A stretch of 64,000 nucleotides of DNA from the human T2T-CHM13v2.0 reference genome, Homo sapiens: NCBI RefSeq assembly GCF_009914755.1, contig NC_060929.1, one strand, 5' to 3'. The notes beneath the pieces were generated by a model. The model saw only the letters and a program-made list of their open reading frames with translations. It searched no databases and was not told the DNA's origin. A program made the position numbers and the translations under genes. Positions within the stretch are counted from its first letter, which is position 1. Every line of letters begins with the position of its first letter. This document shows, piece by piece, positions 26,320 to 42,551 of the stretch.

Positions 26320-28700
26320 AGTTTCACTAGATCCTAGGGATCTAAAATGCCTCTATCAGTCAAAGTAAAGTTTACTGTGTTCAAGTGATTCATGAAGCTT
26401 TGGCCTCTCGCATCTCATGGATCCAGTAAGTCCACGAACCCCTCTTATGGTTATTTTGCAGTTTTTGAATGTATTATTGCAGTAAATACACTCCACTTGG
26501 GTAGCTGGATTATGTTACTTGACTGATTACTTGAGAGATAACTTATGTTAAATTTTGGAAGGGGGGTAAGGTGGGGATTGTATAAAACTTAATACTCCAC
26601 TTGACAGTAAACGTACTCCACATTGTGGGTAGAAGTCCCACAATGGCTCCCTGACGATGGAATATGGGCTATTACAACAGATAGGAATGACCAACTAGAA
26701 GACTGAACTTCCCCTCCCTACCACAACAGAAAACCAAAATAAATACTGCATCCATGGGAGAACTGTAGAGGTTAATACTATCATCAAAAACTTGATACTT
26801 AAGGGTGGTAACTCCTATTACATCACTGTCTAACTTACCACTTTGGTCTATGCAGAAAGCAGACAGATTGGAAAGTGACTGGATTAACACAAACCCATTC
26901 AGACAGTGACTCTGATGTGGCTGATTTACCAAATGAAGTACCTTTTCTAGAGCGAATCTAGCCTCTAGCACCTGATATGAAGATACTATGCTAGAAAGTG
27001 CTTTAATAATATGCAAGAAACATAAGAAAACATCTGCTTTTATTTCAAAAGATCAAAAATACACTTTTGCATTATTGCCCAGAGCTGTAACAACTCTCCC
27101 CTCTGCCATAATCTAGTCTCCAGAGACCTTAATCACCTTAACATCCTACAGACTCTCATGTGGGTCTATTGCATTGAGTACACTGTGCTGACTGCAACTG
27201 ATGAAATGGAAGTAACAAATCTGACAGCGATCTCAGTAACACACATGCAAGCTTGATGGTGAAAAAGAAAAATCAAAGGCTGCAACCTCAGCATTTCTGG
27301 GGATGCAGTGGTCTGGAACATGTTGAAATATCACCTCCAAAGTGACATACAAGTTGCTGCATCTTGAACTGCTTACTACTAAAATAAAATAGACACAATA
27401 TTTCACAGGCTGCTTTACATTTTAAAGACAATATATACCAGTCTAAGATATCCTGCTCTGACTCCTTGACTAGGTAACCTATAAGATGGCCGGTGCTGAG
27501 TAGGGCCCAGAGCGAGAGATGGTTCTGCAACAAAGATAGACTGCAGCACAAACTACTACCCCACTCGGTCTTGTGATGCAGCAGATCCAATCAGTTGAAT
27601 CCAACAAGATCCAGAGAATCACGGCACAAACCTCTGAGGTTCTGAAATAAAAGCCATACCCCTTTTCTGGAAATAATAATTGTCATTTTGAGAAATGGCT
27701 CCTAGCTTGCAACCAGGCTCTGGCAAAGCCTGATTAAAGGATTTCAAATGAACATGCGACCTGAGCTGCCCATAATAATCTGAATGTTGCCTGACCCACC
27801 AAGCTATAAGGTTGGGCCTTTACAGAAATGTTCTATCAAAAGGCAATGGTATAAAGAGATTGGGCTCAAGCCAATATACAAGGCACAAGAAATTGCAAGA
27901 GCAGATGTCTCAGGTATCTCTAACACCTACTCCTAGCATACAACCACACCTGTGGCTTCACAAAGATTTCCTTAAGACCAGCTGCCTGGAAAGGAAACTT
28001 GGGCCCGGTTTAGAGAAGGTTTGTATAATGTCTGGTACCAAGCAAAAGTGGACTTCTACAGCATGACATCTCCAATAATGAGCATCCCTGAAATGTGAAA
28101 TCATCCCAACAGAACTGTAACTAGTACATTTGCTTGTCCTCTTTACCTACACTGAGAAATGGCCAGAATTATGGCTTTACACTGAATCATGGGGTAAAGG
28201 TTAACACTCAATGTGGATGGATGGTTAAGGACTTGGAAGAAAATAGTATAGGAACAGAGCATACAAGAACATCTAGGGAAGAGCTATGCGGATGGACCAC
28301 TGAGAATGAGCAGTATGTAAAAATTATTTTTGTCCCTTGTAAATGTACACCAAAGGCATCCACTACAGATGGGCTTGTCAATAACCAGGTGAACAAAATT
28401 ACAAGGCTGTGGAGAAGTTATCCTTTTTCATCAGTCACACCGGTCTTCCTCAATAGGCCAAGAACAAGTGACCATGGTGGAAAGAGTGGAGGCTACATAC
28501 GGACTCAGCAAAGGACTTCTTCTCATGAACGCTGACCTGGCCTTTGCCAACAATGAGTGCCTGATCTCCCAACAGCAGAAGCCAATCCTCAGTCCAAGAT
28601 GGCAACATTCCCCTGGAAGATCAGACAGCCACTTGGCAGCAGATTGATTATATTGGATCCTTTCCATCAAGGGAGAGGTAATGATTTGTCCTTACTGTAT
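26320..28700 (+). mobile_element. Decayed ERV-L internal region (protease-RT-RNaseH-integrase remnants)
   Basis: Frameshifted remnants resembling ERVL Pol: LWSMQKADR (RT), NNQVNKITR (RNase H), ECLISQQQKPILSPR and DQTATWQQIDYIGSFPS (integrase). Many stops and frameshifts. Confidence 0.85.
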
Positions 28701-28984
28701 ATGTCCAGCTGTGAACTTACACACATATATTACACATACACACATGAATTTATTTTTTACTCTCTTACTCCATGTTTTTCAGGGATTGGTTATGGTGGTT
28801 AACTTTATAATTTAGTTTCTATGTTACAGATTAGTCCTATAGAACTCTGGATAAACTGGAAAAGATAATTTCACAAAGACTGTAACTGTCAACCAGAAAA
28901 GAATTTCTTAATCTAAGATCCTGATACGTACCCATGGTTGATTATTAGGAAATCTAGAATCCCCTTGCAATCATAGAAAAAGGA

Positions 28985-29665
28985 TCACCCATCAGGACAG
29001 CAAAAGTTTAACAGCTGGATGATACTGAGTAATGGCAAGGATGCAGAGCAACTAGAATTCTCACAGATTGTTAGCTGGAGTAGAAACTGGTATATCCACT
29101 TTAAAAAATAGCTGTCAGTACCTTCTAAAGCTAAACATACACCTACCCTATGATATAGCAATTCCACTTCTAGGTATACACACAAAAGAAATGAGTGCAT
29201 ATATCCAGCAAAAGATATATACAAGAATGTTCAGGGCAGCTTTATTTGTGATAGCTAAATACTGTCCACTGACAGTAGAATGGATAAATTATAGTATATT
29301 CACAAAATGAATTACCAAACAAAAGTTAAAGAAAAAAAGAACTTCTGCCACAGACAATAACATAAAAGAATCACAAACTTCAATGCTAGGTGAAAGAAAA
29401 CAGACACAAAAATATATATATTGTATTATTCCTTTTATACAATGTCAAAATAGGCAAAATTAGCCTAAAGGGCTAAAATTCAGAAGAGTAATTTACCTCT
29501 GGGTAGGTACTGTTTGAAAAGGGACCCAAGGGAACTTCCTGGAGTACTGAAAATATCCTACCTCTTGATCTGGATGGTGTTTACACAACTATATCTATAT
29601 GTAAAAACTCATTCAGCTATGTATTTAAGATTTGTATACTTTATATTCTACTTCAATAAAACTGT
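28985..29665 (+). mobile_element. Old L1M (L1ME/MC-like) 3' end
   Basis: cacctaccctatgatatagcaattccacttctaggtat ... tatgtaaaaactcattcagct. Confidence 0.85.
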
Positions 29666-29936
29666 TCCTGAAAGATATTATGTATATGTACACATGTCTT
29701 AGAAGAGAATCCAGGGGTGTGTTTTCTTTCCCAATTTCTCTAATAGGTCTGTGATCCAACAAAGGTAAAGAACACAAATAAGAAATTCACTAAATTTTCA
29801 GTTGAGTGCTTGCTTTCCAACTGAGAGAAACTGCCTAGCCAGAGGCACCCAATTATCCAATATATAGCTGATTTCAAAAGCTTTTTCTTCCTAATGCTCC
29901 CCCTAAGGTTAATATGGTTGGAATAACAACTGTTGA

Positions 29937-30309
<373 letters not shown>

Positions 30310-30613
30310 AAAAGTCTTGATGAGTTTATTTTAAAGGTAAGTTATCTATTACTTTATTCTGAATAATTATGATACAGCATTTTCACTTTCCATCTCAACA
30401 TACATGTTGCAAAACAAAATTTCCATCAGAACTCTATAATTACTGACGTGTATGTGCTTTTTTCATTTTAAAAAATATTTTATCCAGGCTAACAGATTCA
30501 ACGGAAATCCAATAATTTGTAAAAGTAACTATCAGGCCAAGCATGGTGGCTCATGCCTGTAACCCCAGCTACAGATTCAATAGAAATCCAACAATTTGTA
30601 AAAGTAATTATCA

Positions 30614-32393
<1,780 letters not shown>

Positions 32394-32563
32394 CTAATTC
32401 TAAAAAGTCTTATGTTAGCCTTTTTCCTTTCTTCTTGATAAACCAAGCCATTGATATAAGCTATTTTAAATTCTTGGTCTTGTTGGCAATACCAACCAAA
32501 GGGCTAGTCTACCATTAGACAAAGGATCCCATTTTAAGTATGTAACACAATCATAGCATTAAT

Positions 32564-33045
<482 letters not shown>

Positions 33046-33356
33046 TAGAACATTAATTTTAAAAGTCAACCAAAACATTAGCCTCACTTTATCATTAATA
33101 GCAATTCCATAAAAGTTAATGTCAACAGCACACAAAATTAAACCTTGAGGAACAACAGATAAAAGTCTTCTGTGCCAAACTGAAGTTCTCTAAAGTAATC
33201 ATTAACAATACTTTACTGTTCTCTTAAATACACTGACATCCTAAAGACAAATCATTTTTTAAATAAATGCAATATAAATAATATCAAGTCTGACGATTCA
33301 TCTCAAACCTGATCTGATGGCTTATGATGTTTCCTAAAAGTAGCAGGTAGCTTTAT

Positions 33357-33676
33357 ATGTATTTTTATTTGATTATTATTATTTTTTTTTTAAAGGCAAG
33401 ATTTCAGAAACCTTTATTTTGGAAAATATTTTTGGTCAAGAAACCCTGCCCTTGAAATCTATTACTTAAGGAAGCCAATTCCTACCTGAGTCCTGACTTC
33501 TTACAATGCAATTGGCCATATCATTTCCATTAGCCACTTTCAAGGCTTGAAAATGTCCTGTACACAAGTTTCAGCTGGTCTAGTCAGAGCCCAGTGTGAG
33601 TGGGACATTCAGGGGCTAAACCCTGCAGCACCTCCTGGCCTAATCAAAGGAGGTTCTGCAGCTGGGTAATAAGAGT
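33357..33676 (-). pseudogene. Putative 5'-truncated retrocopy of an unidentified mRNA 3' end
   Basis: Minus-strand AATAAA (33413-33418) 21 nt before an A-rich tail (T-run 33382-33391). Flanking 11-bp repeats ggtagctttat / ggtaactttat. Body not recognised as a repeat. Confidence 0.55.
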
Positions 33677-33804
33677 GGTAACTTTATTATAGAAGAATTT
33701 TATTCCTTTATGTTCCCCATATAACTTATAAAAGACAAGTTATTTCATATTATATATTTTCAATTCAAACAATCCTGACTGGTGATGTAAGAAACAAAAA
33801 AATC

Positions 33805-33913
33805 ACGCCCAACACTTTGAGAGGCTGAGGTAGAAGGATCACTAAGACCAGCCTGGGGCAAATAGTGAGACCCTTGACTCTACAAAAAAAAAAAAAAAAA
33901 AATCAGCCAGGCA
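33805..33913 (+). mobile_element. Truncated Alu left arm, A-rich linker and start of right arm
   Basis: cactttgagaggctgagg ... accagcctggggcaaatagtgagacc ... A-run, then tcagccaggca. Confidence 0.75.
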
Positions 33914-34163
33914 GGATAGGTATCTTGTTTTCACCTTCCAGTTCTTCCACCTCAGTCTGTGTTATAAGGGAGATCTTTGACGTTTTTCTCAAGATCAATG
34001 AGAGTATTCATATCATCAATTTTTCCAATGATCTGGTCAGACATGGTCTGAAACTTATTTCACACATGTTGCAGGAACATCTCCGCCATCAATGTGAGAT
34101 CCTGCACAATCTTGGGGTCAGTCTCAGCCACCTCACCAGTTCCAGCTTCATAGTGATGTCTCA
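33914..34163 (-). pseudogene. HSBP1: Processed pseudogene of heat shock factor binding protein 1
   Basis: Minus-strand translation (V)[52 protein letters not shown]/fs/[15 protein letters not shown] matches recalled HSBP1 (MAETDPKTVQDLT ... [16 protein letters not shown] ... VEELESENKIP). Intronless; ATG>GTG at 34129-34131, stop at 34060-34062, one frameshift; 5'UTR-like gagacatcac upstream. Confidence 0.93.
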
Positions 34164-34471
34164 AACCATCACTTACCATTTGATGATTCTGATAGCTTAA
34201 ATTTTTAATTAAGTTTACAGTTTAAGATTATTAACCAGTTACATAACACAGCTGCATGCACATTCAGCGGTTTCTATTAAAACTGTAGGTTAGTGTTTTC
34301 CCTACTTCAAATACTCACTTAAACACTGAAACCATTCATGCCATATTTTCATGTAAGTTTATAGAGTGTAGCATTCAAAAAATAGTCAATAATGAAGTTT
34401 ACTTTTCAAAAAGCAGTAAATTCAGTATCAACTCTAGAAAAGGTAATAATGATCCTGTGCCAATATTTGCT

Positions 34472-34786
34472 TTCATTCATTCATTCATTCATTCATTCAT
34501 TTATTTTTAGACGGAGTCTCGCTCTGTTGCCCAGGCTGGAGTGCAGTGGCGCAACCTCAGCTCACTGCAAACTCCGCCTCCTGGGTTAAGCAATTCTTCA
34601 GCCTCAGCCTCCTGAGTAGCTGGGATTACAGGCACCCGCCATCATGCCAGGCAATTTTTTGTATTTTGGTAGAGATGGGATTTCACCATGTTGGCCAGGC
34701 TGGTCTCGAACTCCTGACCTCAGGTGATCCATCTGCCTTGGCCTCCCTAAGTGCTGGGATTATAGACGTGAACCACCACACCCAGC
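34472..34786 (-). mobile_element. AluS with (ATTC)n tail
   Basis: Reverse Alu. TSD tgccaatattt at 34458-34468 and 34787-34797. Confidence 0.95.
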
Positions 34787-35659
34787 TGCCAATATTTTCA
34801 TGCAAATATTTGTTATGTGTAAAACATTTATTGATATTCACATTAGAGTTACAATATTTAAATTTCAGTTTTATTGCCTTGATCTGGAATTGCTGTGAGT
34901 ATTAATTTCTCGCCAGTAACACTGGTATTACTGCCAAATTCCTACATGATAGACACCATGACATGAGCACATTTTCACTGGAAGTAAGATAAATACTTGT
35001 ATTCTAATGGAGAAACTCAGTGGGGCAAGGGGGCTTTCTTATTTCATGAGTGTTTCACTCAAAAGAAAATCATGCTATAGTTAAGCATTTTTTCCCTCCT
35101 ATCAAATTAATGTCTAAAAAGTTTATCTGATTTCTTTAAAAGGCTTTCTCTAAATCCTAACAAAACATCTAAAAACTCTTTTCAGCCTTTAAGTGCTTTT
35201 GTGTACTAAGTACTGCAAATAAGTTTACAGCACAAATATTTCCCAGTTCATAATTTGAATCTCTAAGAAGAATCTCTAAATCCAACCTCATTTCTTAAAT
35301 TGAACAAATACTGCAAAATAAATATGCAGCATAAATATTAGGTCTAAATGTAATTTATTACATATACCCTTATATTCATAGAACCATATGTGAGTATACA
35401 GTATTATTTGATGGGGTAAAATAAATCTAAGATTAAGATAAATATCCTGGAAAATTAATAAAAGATACCTATTTCTCAGTTGCCAAGAACCTTGCCTGTC
35501 TTGTTTGACCGCTGTGTTTCCAAAGCTTAGTTCAGCTTCTGGCATAAAGCAGATACTAAATCAATGCTTGTTGAATTATGAATATTCCAGACAAAAACTG
35601 GGGATCTTAATAGGCCTGAATTATAAAGATTATAGCATCAATTTTTATTATTTTAAGTG

Positions 35660-35812
35660 TTTCATTTTACAGAGAGGGTCTCGCTACATGGCCCAGGCTG
35701 GAGTGCAGTGGCTATTCACAGGCATGATCATAGCATACTACAGCCTCAAACTCCTAGACTGTAATCCTCCCACCTCAGCCTCTTGAGTAGCTGAGTCTCC
35801 AGGCACACCTAG
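35660..35812 (-). mobile_element. FAM monomer
   Basis: gagtgcagtggctattcacaggcatgatcatagc is FAM-diagnostic. Confidence 0.8.
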
Positions 35813-35937
35813 CTTTCATGAATATTATACTTCATTTTGTATCTCTTCCTCAAATACTGGGCATAGGGAAAAAGTATGTAAAGGTTTTAATAAAATATTT
35901 CTGATTTAATATCAACTCCCCTAGACACTAAAGACTG

Positions 35938-36325
35938 ATTTTTTTTAAATCAACTTTGTTTTAGAATAGTTTTAGACTTCGAGAAAAGTTGCAGAGATAA
36001 TATAGAGTTCCTATATACCTGGCACCCAGCCTCCTCTATTAATGTCTCACATTACCATGGTACGTTTGTTACAACTAAGGAACCAACACTGGCACATTAC
36101 GATGAAGTGAGCTCCACATTTTATTCAGATTTCACTAGTTTTCTCCTAACGTCCAAGACCCTAGCTAGGGTATCATATTACATTTCATCATCACATTTCC
36201 TTAACCTCCTCAGATCTGTGACATTTTCTTACACTTCCCTTGAGTTTGATGACCTTGATGGTTTTGAGAAGTACTGGATTGAGAGATGCCCCTCAATTTG
36301 AGTTTGTCTTAAGATTTTCTCCTAA
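35938..36325 (-). mobile_element. L1MB/MC-like 3' end fragment
   Basis: tagaatagttttagactt ... gagttcctatatacc ... gtttgttacaactaaggaaccaacactgg. Confidence 0.75.
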
Positions 36326-36784
36326 AACTTGATTTAGAAAACATCGGATTTCAAAATGATCAGCGCAAGGATCTCTGATAAGACAAAGTACAAGGTAAGA
36401 ATGTTAGCCTTTATCTCCCCATTTATTCAACAACGAAAAAAGCCCTATGCTGGGAAGAGAGTAAACTACAAGTTTAATATCAGTACTACAGAGACTCTAC
36501 GCAATAGAAAACTAAACTTAGCAGAAGGACAATTCAAAAGGACCCCAGGTAAAGTGACCCAGAGACAGACTAAGGAGCTAAGGAGCAAGGCATTCTTGTC
36601 CCAGGCATCACTCAGCAGTCAGTTCAACACAGAAACTGTAGTGACTACTGCCCCTGCCACCTGCAACCACAGCTCCACTCTCCTCTCCTTTTTTATTCCC
36701 AGTTTTATTTGTTGTGGTATACTTGCCCATGTTTGTAAATTGTCTCTAATCATTTTTAGAAAAAAAAAAAGAAAGAAAGAAAAG

Positions 36785-37240
36785 TATATAGTCAGGTCCC
36801 AGGAGGAAACAGCATTACCAGCAAAGCAACTGAGGAGAGTTAATCTATGAGGTTAACTATCTACAAAGGCAAAGGCAGACAGCCCAACAAGAGATGGTGG
36901 AGTACCCCGAGGCTGGCAACAACAGGGAGCTGCTCCCAACACCACACTTGGAAGAGCAAGGGGTGGGAGGTATCATCAGAATCCAGGGAGACCAGTGATT
37001 GTGAAAGGGCCATGTGATAGGAGCCGTGGCCTCTGCTGAGACACAGCCCACCTGCAGGGAGGACACCGAGAAATAAGCACCCTAACCTCACTTTTCCTCT
37101 TGCCTTCCAACCCTGCTTGTGTCTTCCATTGGCTACAACCAGAGGACTTAATGTTGTCCACAGAGGTCAATATCTCAAGGCACAGAGCAGCATGGGTTAG
37201 GATGGACAATACAACCAGGGGGACAAATGAAAGGTGCACT
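36785..37240 (-). mobile_element. ERVL-class LTR (LTR33/LTR41-like)
   Basis: agtcaggtcccaggaggaaacag ... ttccattggctacaaccagagg. Confidence 0.55.
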
Positions 37241-38649
37241 GCAGGAGGAAGGGCAAGCCAAACCTGTACCTTCAGCTATTTGCATTTTTATATTTGTGTG
37301 TCTTATCCTACTGTACTATGAACTCCTCAAAGGCAGCAACAGTGCTTTACAGAGTCTGAGGTCACATACTCCTAGTAAGCCCTCAAAGTATATCTGAAAG
37401 AAGACATGGAACAGAGCCATCTCCGCCACTGGTCAGAACAGAACTTGGGTCCTTCACAATGTGGCTCTGCTGCAGGGACAACACACAGAGGACACACCTT
37501 TGAGCCTGACTCTGGCAGAGCACCAGAAACAGGCAGATGAGGCTAGCCCTTTCCACATTAAAGACAGGGACAATCAATACTTGCTCCAGAACTAGAGAGA
37601 GGCTCCTCTTTCAACAGCCGGACCAATCTCTCAGCTCTGCCCCTAGAGGAAAGAGTTTGCACCTGTAGTCACAGGCAAGAACCTAACTCCTGGATCATCT
37701 TGCCCAATACTTTGTAAGCTCCAGTACTGCACCTCATATCTGCTCTTGACAGATGGAGAATAAAATAAAACCTGACATTTCACTCCATTTCTTCAAATAA
37801 GTTATCTTAAGAGCCGATGCAACCTCTTGTCTCCAAGACCTTTAATGAAGCACTAGTGCTTCTGTTTATACAAATGCCCTATCTTCCCTTATCACTCACT
37901 GCTTACACAAACCTCCCTGGGAAATGTTCAAATCATCCCTGTGGAGGCCTCATCTCCTCTCCTTCCAGGTCTTGATGCTCTTGCCATCTTTATGGAATTT
38001 CCCACTCCGCATCCCCCATCTGGCAGGGCTCCATGACCAGCTCCTTCCAGGACAGGGAGGTGCCTTCCTTGATTTCCTCCCAAACCAACACCATCCTGGG
38101 CAACACAGCAAGTGCGTCACAAATTCACAAATCCAACATGCTGTGCGCAAACGCCTCTGCATTTAATAAAAACATCCATTCCTTCCTCTTCTCAGAAAGA
38201 CAATGAAAATATGAAAGGTTGAAGAATCACAGGAATGACATTTGCATTTCATTATGATTGTGCTGTCAATAAAGTCCTCAGTACCTGGCTGAACAAACTG
38301 AACTCAGTACCCGGCTGAACAAACTGAATTGCCTGCTCCACGAAATAAAGACCACCAAATACTATAACCCAAAATTGAATCTTTGCAGTGCTGTGGCAAC
38401 GAGCTACTATGTTTACCTTACCAGGAAGATGAAGCAAATGATTTAATATTTTTATAAAAAGAAGGTGATCAACAATTGTACTGACCTTATCAAAATGGGT
38501 TTGTACAGAGACTACTTGAGGGAAAAATAACTTATAAAGCTTACAATACAAAATAATCGAAATGCAGCAAAGGAAACACATTTTCTCGTAGCTTTTAAGT
38601 CTTTTATTATATTATTACTCAACTTATTATCTTTAAAGATATGGGAAGT

Positions 38650-39950
38650 AACACTTGAAAACAGATTGCCTTCTAATGCAAAGTCTTCATATTTACCTCA
38701 TCTCTTTGCCCCTTACTTGTAAAATATTCCCTCATCCCCTTGCACTTGAGAGCACGAATTATCTTGTCTGAGGCCATTCTTTCCACCGTATGTGTGACGC
38801 CACTCCCTCCCACCTCTTCTGATACCTACCCCATCTGTTGTCCCCTCTCCCCTATTGCCACCTTGGTCCCATTAGCTTGCCCTTTCATACTAGACAATAT
38901 ATACCTTAGTCACTCAAATCCTTTTAAAAATAAAAGCCTCCAGGTCCCTATATAAGTCTTTCCAGCTACCACCCACTGCTTCCCTCCTCATTTGAGACTC
39001 TTGGTGTTCCAGCCTCTCTGCATCTCTAATTCCAGACGCCTCCTTTCCTTGAGCCCAGGCCCAAAACCACTGTTCTACTGCACCTGCTCTCCCAAAGCCC
39101 ACCACTTTCTTGGAGCTGCCACATCCACTAGATACATTTCAGCCTGTGTCTTAGTGGATGCCTCTGCTGCATCTGGCATCATTGACCTGTCCTCCCCACA
39201 ACTATTAGATGCTATTTGCTTTTCTGGTTCTTCTGGAGCTCTCTCACCTTTCCTGCTCACTCTCCTTTCTTCATTTTTTTCTGCCCACTCCTTCAATGCT
39301 GCTGTCCCTAATGGTTCTATCTTTTGTTACAGTCTTTGTCTTTCACTCTGCCTTCTCACTCCTCTGTCTCCAATTCTCGTCCACTCCCACAACCCTCCAG
39401 CCCCCGTTCTCATACTCTCCATGCTCTCCTTGGAGCAGAAAGTTGTATCTCCTTCCACGGTTCTAACTCTTACCTTTCACTAAGGGATCCAAAGTCTTCT
39501 CTCCAGCTATAGATATTATATTTAGATGGCTGTTTGGTTTCCATAGTATTATCGGCTCAACACAAAGGTCCCTTAGCCACCACAAGTCTCTTGAGCCAGC
39601 AACCTGAAGTCATCCTTAACTCATCCCCCTTTCTCATTTCCAACATCCAGTCATTACCAAACCTTACAAGTTTTACCTCCTAAATGCTTTTGACATCATT
39701 CCCTTCCTTTCCACACCAACTTCCCCTGTACCAGTTCAATTTCTTATTATCTCTTGTGTGGACCACAGCAGTCTCCTAACACAGCTTCCTGCCTCTAGTT
39801 TAAGCCCACTCATTTCACTTCCCTGACGCAATCCAGCAAGATCTATTGAAAATACAAATGTCTTTATCACTAGCCTAGTTAAACCCTTAAAAAGATCTTT
39901 CATTAATTGTGCATACAGCATGTAAAAATTCTTCCCTTCCAGGTCCCATC
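38650..39950 (+). mobile_element. L2 ORF2/3' region
   Basis: Pyrimidine-rich, with aacctgaagtcatccttaactc ... cagtctcctaacacagcttcctgcc. Confidence 0.7.
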
Positions 39951-40378
39951 TACTTATCCTATCTTATATGCTATGTATTCTATTCTTGGTCTTCACTCTC
40001 TCAATTACCACTTATTTACAATAATGGAAACCATGCACTATGCTGGTTATTTTTTTAATTGACTTATTGAATATTTATAAAACTCTTAAGATAGTTGTTT
40101 TATCTCCATTGTATAACTGCAGAAATGGTGAGAATTTACCAGGTTGCCACTAGGAAGCAGGAGGAACTTGGTGAGGGAGGTGGTGTAGCTTACCACCTGG
40201 GAGCCCCTACCTTCCTGGGTGATACAAGATGACAGCTGAACACAGTCCCCTTGGCACTACTTCAGACTGGAACAAAAGCCACTGACATATGGAGAAGCCT
40301 CACTGGCCTCCACACTCTGCATTCACTCAGATGAGCACTCCAAGGCACCAACCTGCTTCTGGTGCTTCCCACCTCTGA

Positions 40379-40798
<420 letters not shown>

Positions 40799-41094
40799 AA
40801 ATTACTCACTTTTAATCTCTCGATGGTATTCTATATCTTTCTTGAATTTTAAAGAAATTTTTCTTTAAAAATATTTTTCCTGTCATTTTGATTTTTGATA
40901 GCATTTTAAGCATATGATGGTAATGTGTCCAGTTTACAATATTTACAAAACACCCTCCTAATCAAATTAGACATTTTGATTGATGATAACCAATCCAGTC
41001 ATCAACTTCATCTATATTAAATAAAAATATACATGGATTTTTAGAAAAGTTCGATTTTCCAGTTACAAACCCTCAACTTAAAAGTAAGTAACGA

Positions 41095-41406
41095 GGCCGG
41101 ACACGGTGGCTCATGCCTGTATTCCCAGCACTTTGGGAGGCTGAGGCGGGCAGATCACCTGAGGTCAGGAGTTCGAGGCCAACCTGGCCAACACGGCAAA
41201 ACCCTGTCTCTACTAAAAATACAAAAATTAGCCAGGCATGGTGGCACATGCCTGTAGTCCCAGCTACTCAGGAGCCTGTAGTCCCAGCTACTCAGGAGGC
41301 TGAGGCACAATAATCACTTGAACCCAGGAGGTGGAGGTTGCAGTAAGCTGAGACTGCACCACTGCACTCCAGCCTGGGTGACAGAATGAGACTCTGTCTC
41401 AAAAAA
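41095..41406 (+). mobile_element. AluS with internal 24-bp tandem duplication
   Basis: Dimeric Alu with flanking repeat aaaagtaagtaa; gcctgtagtcccagctactcagga present twice. Confidence 0.95.
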
Positions 41407-42372
41407 GTAAGTAAATCATGCTACCAAAGTTTGTAAGCTGTTGTTTAGAACATGGAAATAACCTCACTCATTCGTGCAATACCTTCTATGCACTAAGCAC
41501 TATTTTAGGTGGTGGAGAGACTGTAGAAATAAAAGACAAGCTTCCCATATTATATAATTTCTGTAATTTAATTTAGGAAAACTGTGGTATAAACAATACA
41601 TATTATGTGTGTATACCCTTGTGTGTGTATTTACATTTCAGAACTTATCAACGCCCTAGCAGCTGTTAGCTAGCATTTCTACTACTGTTATCAGGAGCCC
41701 ACATTCCTGCTTAGCGTTTTAAATATCATTATTTACAAATACAAAAGATGTGTTAGTTAGCAAAGGAGCTATTAGAAATAATTTTCATTTGTGAAATGAG
41801 TGTTCTCCAAGACATCTGGTTGGTTAAAATACTGGACAGGCCCCACCATCTCTGCAAAAACAAGACCAAAACATCTGGTAGCACCAAAAATCTAAAGCTG
41901 CAGTGCAGTACTTAAGATATGGAATCCCTTGGCCCCACTTCCCTCCGTTCCTCAGAGGACTCAGTTGCCTGCCTTGAGCCACATCTGGCTGGTCTTGCTG
42001 TCAGGACATCATTATTGTAACTGCATTGGAGGAACCCATTCATGCAACTCCCAGTCAGAATGTCCAAGGACAAACAGTTTGACTTGTCCAAAGTGGCAAG
42101 ACTGTCTGTGGCTCTTTACTGCTCCTGCTTGCTAAAAGATGACTATAAACGTGGCAGAATTCAGACTAGAAATTGCTCTCATTGTTTATTTACCAGCTGG
42201 GAGCAAAAGACTATAAAGGAAAGGATGAAGAACACTCACCTCTTTCTAAATTCTGGAAGCTACCAAAATTGAACAAAAGAACTCAACAATGCTACAAGGC
42301 CAGATTGGGTTAAGTCAGTCTGCAACACTGCCCTCATGAACATTATATTCTAGTAGAGGAGATGGACAATAC

Positions 42373-42502
42373 AGGGTGTGGTGGCATGCATCTGTAGTCC
42401 CAGCTACTCAGCAGGCTAAAATAGTAGGATGGCTTGAGCCCAGGAGTTTAAGACCAGCCTAGGCAACAAAGCAAGACCCTACTTCTGAATGTTTTTTTAA
42501 AA
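42373..42502 (+). mobile_element. FLAM-like Alu monomer
   Basis: gggtgtggtggcatgcatctgtagtcccagc ... agaccagcctaggcaac. Confidence 0.75.
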
Positions 42503-42551
42503 AAGACAATAAAGAAGTAAACACATATCAACAGTGATAAGTATTAGGAAG

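Noticed and set aside
36356-36850. 164-aa plus-strand ORF
   Set aside because: It runs through an A-tract into an LTR fragment and shows no recognisable homology.
38277-38328. 26-bp two-copy tandem repeat
   Set aside because: Ordinary slippage duplication with no spacers; not CRISPR-like.
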